A stretch of DNA of 64,000 nt, from assembly GCF_009914755.1 (NCBI RefSeq), contig NC_060925.1. The stretch is one strand, 5' to 3'. This DNA is from the human T2T-CHM13v2.0 reference genome, Homo sapiens. Under the pieces are notes generated by a model that was given only the letters and a program-made list of their open reading frames with translations, was not told where the DNA came from and ran no database searches. Position numbers and translations under genes: made by a program. This document shows positions 39,582-51,885 of this stretch, in pieces (the first letter of the stretch is position 1; every line of letters begins with the position of its first letter).

Positions 39582-41869
39582 GTGGCCATGTGTCTATCTC
39601 TGGAAATCTGATTGGTTCTCAAAGATCCTATGTAGGTGAATCACATTCATTTGTGTGGATAGTTTTTCTCAGCTATGGTCACTGCCATTTTCAGCTTTAT
39701 TTCTCTTAAAAATGTCTGTTATCTGGTTCTCCAAGTTTCTGTTCTGTGATTTCCAGCATGAATGAAACTTAGGAAAACTCTTAAAAATTAGTAAAATTTC
39801 AATGTGACCAATTTAACCTACAATTCCTATCTGTTCTATTCCTACCATATTTATAGAGACTCTTCCTTGACCTTCCGCAAAAACCAGGAAAAAATTTCCG
39901 TTAGTAAAATGAGCTTTTTCATTAAAAAGCCAGCACTGCAATGGTATTTCCCCCTTTCTTTTCCTGCCTGCCTTGCTTTGACTGGTGGGATTAATTGGGT
40001 CTTGATCAATCTGCTAAAAGACAGCAAATCGGGAATGGCAGGTGGAAGGAGGAAAGCATGAATATTAATTAGCTAAGATTCCAAACAGAAGCCTTTTAAT
40101 TATATTAAAATGCACAGGCCTGCAGGCAGTGAGATAGTTCCTGCTGTAAATCTGTCGACAGGCCATTACCTCAGCAACGTCAATGTCTTTTAATAAATGA
40201 ATATATACATTTCAAGTGGGGGAGAGAAAAATACTTTGGTGTTTATAAATATTAAAAAGGAAACTATCAATGTGAGGAGATACCCATGACAGCTCTTCTC
40301 AGGCAGGAGGTGTTTAGGGAAGGCAGTGAGTCATCCCAGGCTGTGAAACCAAAGCCTGTGGCTAATATGGGGACTGATGCAATTAAAAACAGGTGACTGT
40401 GAGGCAGGGCAAGATAGAGGCTCAGCTTTTCTGTAGGTCAGTGAGTCAGGCATTTAAGAAAGTTGCATTGACTTTTCACCTCACTTTGGAATCACTCACC
40501 ACCGGAAACAAGGCAGTCAGGCGCCTTTCATTGGTACTCCTCACATGAAGACAGCATTTAAAGGTCGAAGGGTGACTGGCCACCTTCGACATGGCAGAAG
40601 GAAACCATAAAATGAGAAGAGCTCAGAATTCCAGGGCAATAAAGAAAGGAAATTTTTGAAAGCAGGTTTCAGTAGTTCTAGAGTTGCCTTGAAAATATCC
40701 ATGGAAGAGGACCTCAGGAAGAACCAGAAAGTTAATGAGAAGGAAAGGCCAGTCATGGATTACTAGACTCAAAGGGCTCGAATAGAACTTAGTGACCAAC
40801 TGTCTAACCCCCTTCATTTTAGAGAGCTTGAAACAGGCCAAGGTGGGAGGATTGGTAGGGAAATTCTATTTATCTGCTTACCTACATATCTACCTACCTA
40901 CTTACCTATTCGTCTGTTCATGTACTACTTCTTTCTATAAAGCCTTTGAGGCCTCCCACAGGTCTCTGACTCACAATCTGGAGAACTTTCTAGGACTTCT
41001 TGCCACCCTCCTAACTTTAAATAAGAATACATTTGAGGAAATTAGGAATACCTCATGCTGTGTAGACCTTATGTAATCATGAAAGCATCCACGTCCCAAG
41101 CCAGAATAGTTCAACCCAAATGCGAAGAGTTGATAAAGTCCATTCTGATAAACTGGAATGTCCAGAAGGACTTCAGTGCCTTTATGGAGTTACCTGTAAT
41201 TGTGGAAAGCTTGACAGGTAAAAAAAAAAAAAAAAACAAACAAACTTACCAGAAGACACCCTGAAACTTTCAGGCCTTTAAGTTTGACTTGGTGGGTTTG
41301 AAAGGAAGCTAAACAGAAAATAATGCCTTTAAGTGCAGTTAAAAATAATACTATGCATTTGAAATCCAATCAAGGGTCCTTATTTTGAAAAGTTGTTTTT
41401 GTTTTTTAAGGCTAAACTCAGGAACCATCTGCATTTAGCATATTCCTGAACATGAGCCCACATGTGTGTGGAAGTGTGCATGTAAAGTGTTGGTGAAAAC
41501 AAATCATATCTTGGTCCCATCAGGCTGTGAGACTGCATTCCCAGAATGGACATACATCTCACAAAAATCTGCCTTAGGCTCAATAGGAATTCAGGAGAGA
41601 ATGTGGATGACTTTGCAAGAGGTACCTCTTACTGGAAAAGCAACTTAAAGGGCACTTAAAAAAAAACAGTAGAAAAGTACTACTGCTATATCAGAATGAG
41701 GTAAATGTTCACATATGTCGTTCTAGAGAGTGGAGACCAGGCAGACTTAAAATGTCTGAGATGTACTTAACTTACAATCATGACTATAAGACATACTAAT
41801 ATAATTTATTTGGTAACATGGAGGAAAATGAGGAAGATGGTAAAAGTCACACAGAGTATGGTAAATATC

Positions 41870-42240
41870 CTTGCAGTTCAATTCAATATGGCCTCAATAC
41901 CTTCCATGTGCCAGACATGACATTAGAATCTAATTTTGCAAAATAGAGTAAGACATAATCCTGCTCTTTATCAGCCAACTCTTCTCACAAGTCACATGAA
42001 CAGGTAACTTCAATACCATGGTCAAGTGCAGTAGTAGTAGTGTGCACAGGGAATAAATGAGCACAGAAGAGCTACACTCGGCCCTCCCTGTAGGGCTGCG
42101 GGAGACTCCTGGAGACTACAGAGTCTGAGAATGAGTTGAATAGGTGAGGAGGTGGGGCTGGTGGAAGTGAAGGAGGCAGGGAGGGGAGAGAGCATGACCT
42201 TTAGACCTAACAGCAATACCAAAGGTATGCTTTTCCCAGT
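41870..42240 (-). mobile_element. L2
   Basis: atgtgccaga...aagacataatccctgctct...gagtctgagaatgag. Confidence 0.6.
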
Positions 42241-43599
42241 GTATATCATTTTTCTCATTAGGGAAATGCCTATTTTGCTGTTCTTGCTTCAGATGAAGGT
42301 CCAGGGTCATCTAAACTAGAAATTTCTCCGTCCATGCCATGAAGGCAGGAAAAACTAATAAAACATAATATTATATATGCATTGTCCCGAGTTGCTCATT
42401 TTTGGAAGACTTGGCTGCTGGTAATCCCCAGGAAGTAGAAACAACATGACTGCCTATCACCTGTCCACATAATTAATCACAACTAATCAATAGAAGCCAA
42501 GATATGGTGATTTATCACAAACCCTCCACATTTGCTGGTAGTATTTTTTCCATTTTTTCCTTTTTAATATTCTTAACCAGACAGTGAAGTTGAAAGTTGG
42601 TAGTTGGCTGGGAGCTATAGTAAAAAGAAACCCTTGGCATTGTTCCTTTGGTTGTTATCAAGTACTCTTCTACTTGACTGTGTTTCTTCTATAAGGTGAG
42701 CAAGGAGCAGAGAAGTTAGCACTGAGAAGCTTGGACTGGGAAAAGCTGTACCTTATCTTTGGCTCAATTTGTTTAATCAGGGACAGTCCTTGGGGCAAAG
42801 TCTTAGAAGTTGGCTCAGGTCAGAATTTTGGCTGCACAGAGAGGGGACAAGAAGAAGGTCATCCCTTTGTAGCATTACCAGTTTTGTCTTACTCTAGACA
42901 AGGAACAAAGTGGGAATAAGAAAAGTTACATTTCTATTCTTCCTCCTTGTCCAACTCTGCCTCTTGCTTCTCCCCTCTCCACTCCTCACTCCTGCTAGTC
43001 TTGGATCCACATACAAGGCTGGTTAGAGACTGTACCATGCTGGAGATTTGTTTCTGGTCAAAAATGTTCACCCTCTTAGCTTCTCAGAACTACCAGAAAA
43101 TTCTTGAACTACCCCAATTCAGTTGGGTTTGGAAACCTGACTTACTGGAAGTCTTTCTAATGTCATCCAGGTTCTGACAGTTAAGCCACACTTTCAGAGA
43201 GCAGAATTATTGAGGTAGAAATAGATTTGGGGAACTTCCAGTGATACATGGCTATCACCAACATTGAAGATCCTGTCATCTCTGTGTCAGTGTTGGATCA
43301 GTAGCAGAGACATTTCATAGTTAACACTTATAAAAGATGGAATGTGCAGATCTTTCTGATTAAGGTGAACTCATGTTTTTTGGGTAAGCTAATGACATAA
43401 AAGTTTCAAGAAGACATGCAAACTTTGTGATAATTGAGCTGGTTGCAGAGTAAGTGTGAGTGACTGAAAAGCAAGGGAGTTAGGGGAGAAGAAGACTGCT
43501 TGGTGGGGAAAGACTGATTTAGTGGACTGGTCTTGCAACCAGCCTCTCCTGGAATTGTTTCTAAGGCTTAAGGACCTGCCAAATGTAATAGGCCAAGTG

Positions 43600-43743
43600 A
43601 GTTGGGCACAGTAGCGTGTGCTTGTAGTCTCAGCTACTCGGGAGACTGAAGCAGGAGGATCACCTGAGCCCAGGGGTTTAAGGCCATCCTGGGTAACATA
43701 GCAAGACTCCTTTTCTAAATAAAAAAATAAAATAAAAAAGAGA
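43600..43743 (+). mobile_element. FLAM (Alu monomer)
   Basis: Single monomer plus A tail; decayed TSD aataggccaagtg/aatagacctagtg. Confidence 0.88.
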
Positions 43744-43838
43744 AATAGACCTAGTGGTTCTCGTAAGACTTTCTCTTTGCAAGAGCTTGAAAGTAGAGGG
43801 ATGCTCTGAGGATTGATGTAAGAAAGCATAACACTGGA

Positions 43839-43901
43839 GTGTGTGTGTGTGTGTGTGTGTGTCAGAAAGAGAGACAGAGACAGAGAGAGAGAGAGAGAGA
43901 G
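43839..43901. repeat. Compound (GT)n/(GA)n microsatellite
   Basis: Read directly. Confidence 0.95.
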
Positions 43902-43909
43902 TAGGGCGG

Positions 43910-44378
43910 TGTAGTGGATTAAAGATAACTACAACTTTTATTTTCCTTTTATTTTTTCCATTCTTCCCATTAAGAAGCAAAGTTTATTTTCCTTCCTCTT
44001 GGACTTCGCCAATATAATGTAGCAGAGGTGATGCTATGTAACTTTTGAGTCCAAGTCTTCAGAAATATACAGCTTCTGCTTTCACCTTTCATGGAATGCT
44101 CCTTCTTGGAACTCAGCAACCACCCTGTGAGGAAGCCCAAGAAACCACATGGTGAGACCCATTAGCAGGAAACCAAGTCTCCTAGCAGCACCCCACATTA
44201 ACTGTCAGCCACAGTGAATGAGGCCATTTTGATCTTCCAGTTATCCCACTGCCCTACCTACACCACATGAAGCAGAAGAAATGCTCAGTCAACCCAAGGA
44301 TCATGAGAAATAAGAAGTTGTGTTTTAAACCACTCAGTTTTGAGGTAGCTTGTTATATAATAACAGATAATCAAAACC
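43910..44378 (+). mobile_element. MaLR LTR (MLT1F/G/H-like)
   Basis: tgtagtggattaaaga...ctgtgaggaagcccaag...tgttttaaaccactcagttttg...cagataatcaaaac. Confidence 0.8.
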
Positions 44379-46387
44379 TCTGGAATTCCCATATTTTGGA
44401 GGGAATAGTTTAACTGACGTGCAGCTTTGGCAAGGGAATGGCAGGACAGCCACCAGCTTATTACACCTGTGGTAAGAGGCAGGCACCCTCACAAGGCAAC
44501 AAGGGAAGGGGGGAAAGTGATGACCACCAAGTGGTGGCAGATAGTCCTTATACTAGAATGCATGAGGAATGCCTTCGAGAAACTTCTAGAAAGATTTGGG
44601 GGGACTTTGATGAGACTGAAGGTGAGATTTAGAGTGCACAATAATGAGAAGGCATGAACGAGAGAACCCCAGCCTGTGCTGGTTTTCATGTTAGTATTGT
44701 AATCCTGATATTATCTAGGGCCTCCCTCTCCTTGATATCTGATAAGTCTTGCACATCCTGTGGAAGACTCCCCAACATTACTATGAATTTCTAGGGGAAC
44801 TATTTCCCTCTTGTTAGACCTAGATCCAAACTCTGGCTTCCTCCATCTGTGGAAAGTCTCACTGTTTCTTTTATGCTGTTTCTGTTTCACTTAAAATCAA
44901 CCTGAACACAGCATTTAAACATTCCTTTTATTTTTACAATTTCTACTCATAAAAGCAATCTTTGTGACTAACAGACTAATAAGAAATTTGAGGGTATAAG
45001 AAGAACATTCAAACTTGTAGCAATATGGACTTCAAATTGAAATTGAGACTATCCTCATTCTTCAAATGCCTTTGGTTGCCATGCTGGGGGAGATTTTTCC
45101 AAGTGACAACTCTGTAAGTACTGCCTGAGCCTCATTCTATGTCATGGTTCCTCTCTCTCCCTTCCATCTTTCAGTAGAAAAAACTCCTTTCATTTTCTCA
45201 TATAGAACAGCTATCTGCTTATTATGCTCAACGCTTTACCCTTCATCCTAAGCAGCTTGTCTAGGTATGTTAGTCCATAAAGACAGTTGTCCCCCAAGAG
45301 ACAATTACGATGTCAGTTGTTATAGTAATAAAATCAGTCTTCCACTCTCTGCCCTACTCAAATCACTGCAGTTTCCTGCAAGGGTGCCCAGTGCTGTTCT
45401 CTCTCTCTCTGAGTGTTAGGCAAGAGGAAAAGCAAACATAATAAACCTGGGCTTCACCTGACTCATTGCCATGCCTCTTGCTTCTTGCTCTTAGATGGGG
45501 GAGATGATGTCCTGGTAGGTGCCCTTTAGGGTGTTGTTTCTTTCTAACTCTTCCACTTTGTGTAGACGAAGAGGGAAGAGTTTCTGCAACTTCCAACACA
45601 GAGGATCTGCCACCCCACATCAGCCTTCTCTGCTAGACTGGGGGACATCAGAGGATCCTTGTGGCCTTTGGCAAACGAGGGGCATGGGTGGGCATTTCTC
45701 AGGATCAAACACAGCAACTTCTTAGCTTGACATGAAGGATCCACTTTTATTGTGCTGGATTCATCAGGCAAGGTTTCCCCTGATACACCAGATAAATATG
45801 ACTTCTTGGTATGCCTGTTTACATGTGCGCTTGCTTCTCTGTGGGCAGGGTGGGCTGAATCTCTAGCCTAGCTTTCAGGGGCACCTCAACCAAACCAAAT
45901 CAAACAGTTTTGTTCTTGGTGAGCTATTGAGTAGGCTGATGAGTTCTAGCATCTTTTTGTGAAGTCTGCACATGTCTGAGGTATAACTGCTGCTATATCT
46001 GATACCAGCCTTTTCCCACTTTCCCTACCTCCACTTTCTCCTCCCAATTTCCCAAGAAGTCTGTTCTCTAATCTGGCATGGAAAGAACTATTCCCTTGGA
46101 TGGTAGCTAAATTTCCCCTAATTCTTCCACTGGTCACATTTAAAATGCCCAGAGACTGTCAGATTATCTCTGGTTTCTGAAAGTAAGACTGTGTCAAGCT
46201 TGAGCCTCTCTTCACAGGTTAAGCCTGATTCATCACCAGCTCAACATTATTTGTCTTCTTTGGGAGATGCTGACACTTGGGAAATTTCTGACAGAAATGA
46301 TCTGTGCTCACAACTTTTGAGTTTAATTTTTTTAAACAATTTTTCTAAGTGACTACCAGAGATAGTGAGTGGTCTCTTTCATTTGGA

Positions 46388-46515
46388 AATTCATTTATTC
46401 ATTCATTAAATTTTTATTTTTTTGCCATGACTCTGTAGTAGACATTCGAGGAAGTCAAATATGAATAAGACATGGGGCTCCTTGTTAAAAGAGCTTATGA
46501 TTCAGTAGAAGAAAT
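46388..46515 (-). mobile_element. L2 3' end
   Basis: ttcatttattcattca...atgaataagacatgg. Confidence 0.7.
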
Positions 46516-47508
46516 AAAACAATTATACCTACCCCATTTAGCAAAGTTGATGCCCCTGTGGAAATGGGAGCTGTAACTGAATCAGAGACATAAGGATTAC
46601 TTATGGCATAGTCCCTGTAGAATTACATCCCCACTTTTGTACCTTGGCAAATGGCTCTTCTCTTCCCTCCAGATTCTCTGAAGTTGTGAACTGCAGTGTT
46701 CCTTCAGCCTCATTCATACAATTGATTGCCACCCTGTTAGGTGACCGTGATGTTTTAGACCCTGTAATATATCAAAGAACTCCCACCAGTCTCTACTTTC
46801 CCTCTCTGTCTTCTCATCCATGGCCATTTCCTTGAAGAATTTTCAAGCTGCTCTAAAACTTACCTTTTAACATTCAGCATGGCACTCTTGCATTTCTTTG
46901 CAGCACTGTCGTTTTCAGACTTTTTTTTTCAGTCATTATGGCTTAAAACTGTTGTCTATAAACACATGGCATATAGCAGATCTGATGTAATAAGCCATAT
47001 ACGCTGCAGAGTGCACTCAGCTCAGGCTAGCATGGCAGCACCTCCTCTGGCAGGGAGAATTTGCAATATGGTGCCATGACAATGTCCAAGAATGCTGGAA
47101 TCTGGCTGCTCTGTTGGCTTTCATGGGCCAGCCCTCAGGTCATGGGAAAGAGAGCTATATGAGTAGCACATTTTAATGAATTTTTTTCTTAAATTTTCAA
47201 AGAGAACAGCATTATAACAACTCAACACTACAAGGAAGATGATGTTAAAATAAATATGCAAAAATAGGATAGTGACCTCAAATAAAACAATATTATAGAA
47301 TACTATTATTTTTGGCTCTGATGATTGGGAAAGACTTCCTGAAGGAGGAAGGCTTTGGTATGACACTATCTTCTTTTAATGAATAATGAGACTGTTCAGC
47401 ATGGGGTAAAGAAGTTTTTTTCTAGGTAAATAAGGTGTGATTAAGAGAGCAGAAGTCTGGTTCTTTCTTATGGAGCTGCATTTGCTCCTCATAAAATGTT
47501 ACAGCCTT

Positions 47509-47819
<311 letters not shown>

Positions 47820-47899
47820 GTTACAGCCTTAAAATTTTAGGAGCATTATACAGGACACTTTAAGGAAGCAAGCTGTGGCTGTAGGTTTTCTTTCTTGAA

Positions 47900-48012
47900 A
47901 TATAGGAACTATCTCTTACTTATATTTATATTCCTAGACCCTAGTACGGTTGCTGGCAAACGGCACAATCATAACTTGCTGATGGATTGGCTGAATGAAT
48001 AGATGAATCAAT
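47900..48012 (+). mobile_element. L2 3' end
   Basis: atttatattcctag...cctagtacgg...tgaatgaat. Confidence 0.6.
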
Positions 48013-48257
48013 CACTCAGTTGAGCAAGACTCTTCTGGTTTCTGACCAGTTCCATATCTTCATTTCAAGCATTTATCTGTGAAGTTTAAAGTGCCTATAC
48101 TCACAATTGGTGCATTTGCTTGTGTAGTTCATCACTTCAGAAGGTGTGATACATTAGGATATAATGTGATACATTAGGATACATTAGGATATAATTACAA
48201 AGAAGTTAAACAGGAATGTCAAAAAGATGTTCAGGATTTCTTTCAGTACCTTAGGAT

Positions 48258-48418
48258 AGTGGCTCCTAATGAGGTTAATGGAAAAATGCCGGTATGACTA
48301 CCTTAGAATCACCTGGAGAACATTAAAAAAAATCCAGATTTCTGGGCCCCACTTCCACTGTAATTTTGAAAATTTCCTCAGACAATTCTGATATACAGAC
48401 AGGTTTGAAAAACACTAC
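48258..48418. mobile_element. MER5-like
   Basis: ttagaatcacctggaga...cagatttctgggcccca...ggtttgaaaaacact. Confidence 0.7.
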
Positions 48419-49013
48419 CTTAATCTTTAAAATACAACTGAAATTTCAAAATTCCTAGTTACTGGAAATTTTCTAGAAATCAATCATGTGGCAGAGGCCC
48501 ATTGAGGGTACAGCCAGGTCGCTTTTGAGAGGGAAGTCTGGGTCCCTCTGAAAGTTACACTTCTTGCTGCAGGTATTCACCTGGTTCTTCCACTAACAGT
48601 GTATTTCTTGCGTGTTCAATCTCTCTGAATGGTTTTAGGTAATCCTCTACTTTGGAATTTTGAACCAGTTCTAGTTTTAGGTGATCTTCCCTGTTCTTCT
48701 CCTGAGTAGAGGTGGGCTGCTAGGATCTGTATTTTACGATGAAGCTCCATGCTTATGGAGGTTATAAAAGCTGCCCAGTGACCTGAAGCTCTTGAGGCCA
48801 TGTTTGCCTCACTATACCCTGTTGCCTCTCCTTGGTGACTGCTGACTGAGGGCTTACAATAACTCTGAAGCTGTTTATGGATTCCTCTACTCCTTGCAAC
48901 AACCCTGAAAAGAAAATGGTCTCTGGAGTCCTCCATTTTGTGGATAGAGTGTTCCAAGAGTTGACCATCTCCAGGAGATTGCTGCTATGTAAATGCTGGG
49001 GCCATTGCCGGCT

Positions 49014-49428
49014 GTGGAAAAGACTGCTTTGTATCCACTAAACCCATTGCTGTTTCTCATGACCACACAGCTACCCTATGTTTCCCAGCATCCCTTGCAG
49101 TTAGGTGTGACCATGTGACAGAGTTGTGGCCAGTGGAATATGGGCAAAACTGGTATGTTCCACTTCCAAGTTTAGCACTTTAAGAAGCTCCAGTGTAATC
49201 CTTTGGGCTTGTTCTCTTTTGCCATCTGTAGGCTGAATGCAGCAAAGGAAAAAGCCCTAGAAGATGACAGTACCACATGGAAGGAGAGCTACTGTGGAGG
49301 GAGCTGGGTCTCTGAATGATTGTGTGGACCCTCAGTAGATGATCTTGTGGGGAGAAAACCTTTTACTGAGTTAAGACACTGAGGTTTCGGGGTGATTTGC
49401 TACAGCAGAGAGCTTCCCCTGACTAATA
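49014..49428 (+). mobile_element. MaLR LTR (MLT1J-like)
   Basis: tttcccagcatcccttgcagttaggtgtgaccatgtgac...ctgactaata. Confidence 0.8.
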
Positions 49429-49559
49429 AAGCTGCCCTCCCCTTGTTCCACACCTCTGCAACTGTAATGACAATTTTTGATCTGAGATCCCTAAGCCAGT
49501 GGGCAAAAGGAAGAGGTCTTTCACAGGAGCTACTAGGAGAGTGACATGGCACAGGGCTT

Positions 49560-49705
49560 GAGGTTGGAAGAAATGAATTCAAGTCTCACTTTCTGCCTAA
49601 TTGTGTGACATAAACTAAATGCTTGTCCCGCCAGAGATTCTTCCCCTGTGAAATGGGAATAATATGAGATAACATATGTAAAGGTATCTGGCAATGGTGC
49701 TCAAT
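49560..49705 (+). mobile_element. MIR fragment
   Basis: ttcaagtctc...tgtgtgac...ctgtgaaatgggaataat. Confidence 0.55.
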
Positions 49706-49710
49706 ACAAC

Positions 49711-49878
49711 TTTTTATTTTTACTTTTTAATTTGTTTTTATTAAACTTCTTTTTGTAGAGATGGGGTCTCATTATGTTGCCCAGGCTGTGCTGTACTTGA
49801 ACTCCTGGGCTCAAGCAATTCTCCTGCCTTGGCCTCCTGAAGTGCTAGGATTACAGGCATGAGCCACTATGCGTGTCT
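49711..49878 (-). mobile_element. FLAM_C-like Alu monomer
   Basis: tgtagagatggggtctc...gaactcctgggctcaagc...ggattacaggcatgagccac. Confidence 0.9.
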
Positions 49879-50014
49879 TGAATAAAACTATTTAAACCTA
49901 AAGAGTCTTTAGAAATGCAGCAAAAGTTTAGCAGAGGTGAAAGATATTGTATCGAAGAAGAACAGGTTGTAGCTTCAAATAGCAAGTCCAGAAAGCCAGT
50001 GGATGCCACCACAG

Positions 50015-50150
50015 CCATATTGTGCAGAGTCCTATGTGACAGGCTCTATAGTGAGGGCTTAACCTGCATTATCACATTTGACCCAATGACAACTCTGTGA
50101 GGTATGTGTTATCATCTCCACACTGGAGATGAGGAAATTAAGGCTCATCA
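50015..50150 (-). mobile_element. MIR
   Basis: acaactctgtgaggta...gatgaggaaattaaggctca. Confidence 0.75.
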
Positions 50151-50221
50151 AGTGTAAGTTTGTAGGTGGATAATTTTTTGAGATGTTTCTTCCTACTTCT
50201 GTCTTGCTTCAGGATAAAGAT

Positions 50222-50350
50222 AGATAGAATGTAAGTTCCATGAGGAGAGAGCTATTGTCTGTCTTTTTCTCCCTGTATGCCAAGCATCTATCAAAGGGCC
50301 TGGCACAGAGTATATGCTCACTGCATATGTTTTGGGCTGAATGATTGGTT
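50222..50350 (+). mobile_element. L2 3' end
   Basis: agaatgtaagttccatgagga...gcctggcacagagta. Confidence 0.8.
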
Positions 50351-50707
50351 AATATCTCAGAAGAATAAAAGAGCTATTTGTTCCTTTGGTTTTGCCCCCA
50401 CACTCTATTCCTCTCACCTGCAGGTAGAATGGCTAAGCCTATATATTCAGATTTCTAGACCCCTGTGTCCCTAGTGTTATTTGATGACTGTTTTAGAGCC
50501 AAAAAGAAGTTTCCATTCAGAAGAAACCCTCCACCAAGACTGGTGCTTTGATTTAAAGGGGCAGAACTGGCACTGAGAGATAGGAGGGTAGAAGCAAGTC
50601 CATTGAAGGCTGGCAGCTCTGCCCAGCTCCCTGACAGACCTCTGTGCGGGAACAGAGCTTCTGATGGAGTAGATGTGAGAGCCATTGGTTTGGTGGACAT
50701 TGAATGC

Positions 50708-50822
50708 CAGGCATGGCCAACTCATTTCAACTTGTCCTGGACTTTTCTGGTTTTAAAACCCAAAGTCCTGCATCATGGAAACCCCTTTAGTCCTGGGTAA
50801 ACCATGACAGTTGGCCACTCTA
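50708..50822. mobile_element. MER81 (hAT-Blackjack)
   Basis: tggccaact ... agttggccactcta inverted ends; aaagtcctgcatc...ggaaacccct interior. Confidence 0.8.
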
Positions 50823-50869
50823 CTGCCATATCTGAGGATTTATAGTGAAAGAGCATCATGCCAAGCTTG

Positions 50870-50949
50870 GCATTCAAATGGACCCTGCATTCAAATGGGC
50901 TGCATTCAATTGGACTGCATTTGAATGGTTCTGCATTCAAATGGACCCT
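50870..50949. repeat. Five-unit 15-17 bp tandem repeat (gcattcaaatgga...)
   Basis: Units read directly; see findings. Confidence 0.92.
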
Positions 50950-51439
50950 GAGGGCTCCGACATTAAGAACTCAAGTGGTCCAAGATAGACTGAAGAGCAG
51001 AAGCCCTTCCTCATAGTCTGGTGACTATACTCTCCTGAGATTTTTGAACTTTCCTATGGAGGGCAGCTCATCCCCTGATCCCCTTACACATGATAGAGAA
51101 TACATTTCTTGCTTTCTTTTGGAGATCCAGAGCTAGATTTAATTTGACTTGAAGAAAGAGGCAATGTGATGTTTCTTATACCTAAGGAGGTGAGCAAATT
51201 CATATCAGCTTCAAAAGACTTGCCCAAAGGCCCACAGCTAAATAATAGAACTACCATTTGAATACAGGTGTGTCTGGCCCAAATGTTGGTTTCTTTCCCT
51301 TAGGAGGCATAGTGGTCCCAAACACTGAATGAGAAGTAATTTGTCCATTCAAGTGGACTTTTAGATATGCAATCATTCACAATTCTGTCTTTTGTTGTTT
51401 CATCTGATTGATTTGATTTACATACGGCACCAATTTCCC

Positions 51440-51885
51440 TTCCCTCCAGTCCAAATTTCTTAGTCTCACATTCAAGACTTCCCTGGTTTCAGCCCTAACC
51501 TATCTTCTCTCAGGTCTACAGTCCATGATTTCTTCCACATACCTTTTCCTTCTCCAAGCAAGGCTACTTCATGCTTCCCCCACCATGTGTGTCTACTTTG
51601 CCATGCCTTCTCCCTGGAATGCCCTTTCCTCCAACCTACCTTATCAAGACGCTGCCATCCTTCAAATCCTCGTGAAGCCTTCCTTGATCCTTCCCTTTTA
51701 TGATTCCCTGCAGTTAAAAGCACCTTGCATCCAGTTATTGCCACAATAGCTTGTCTTGCTTATTGGATTCCAAGTTACTTGTGGGCAGGAAGCAGACCAT
51801 GCATTTTATTTTGTAGCCTCCAAAATAACCTAGCATAGCAATCTGCACAGAATAGACACTTTATAAATATTTGTTGAAATGCAGT
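51440..51885 (+). mobile_element. L2 3' region
   Basis: agtccaaatttcttag...cctggaatgccctttc...aaatatttgttgaa. Confidence 0.8.

Noticed and set aside
41067-41217. Possible exon ending CAG|GTAAAA
   Set aside because: Weak acceptor, donor runs into a poly-A tract, peptide unrecognised.
50858-50873. Resemblance of tgccaagcttggca to a pUC/M13 HindIII polylinker flank
   Set aside because: Match is too short and the flanks show no vector sequence.
50870-50949. Repeat array as a CRISPR-like locus
   Set aside because: Eukaryotic context, 15-17 bp units, no real spacers, no cas genes.
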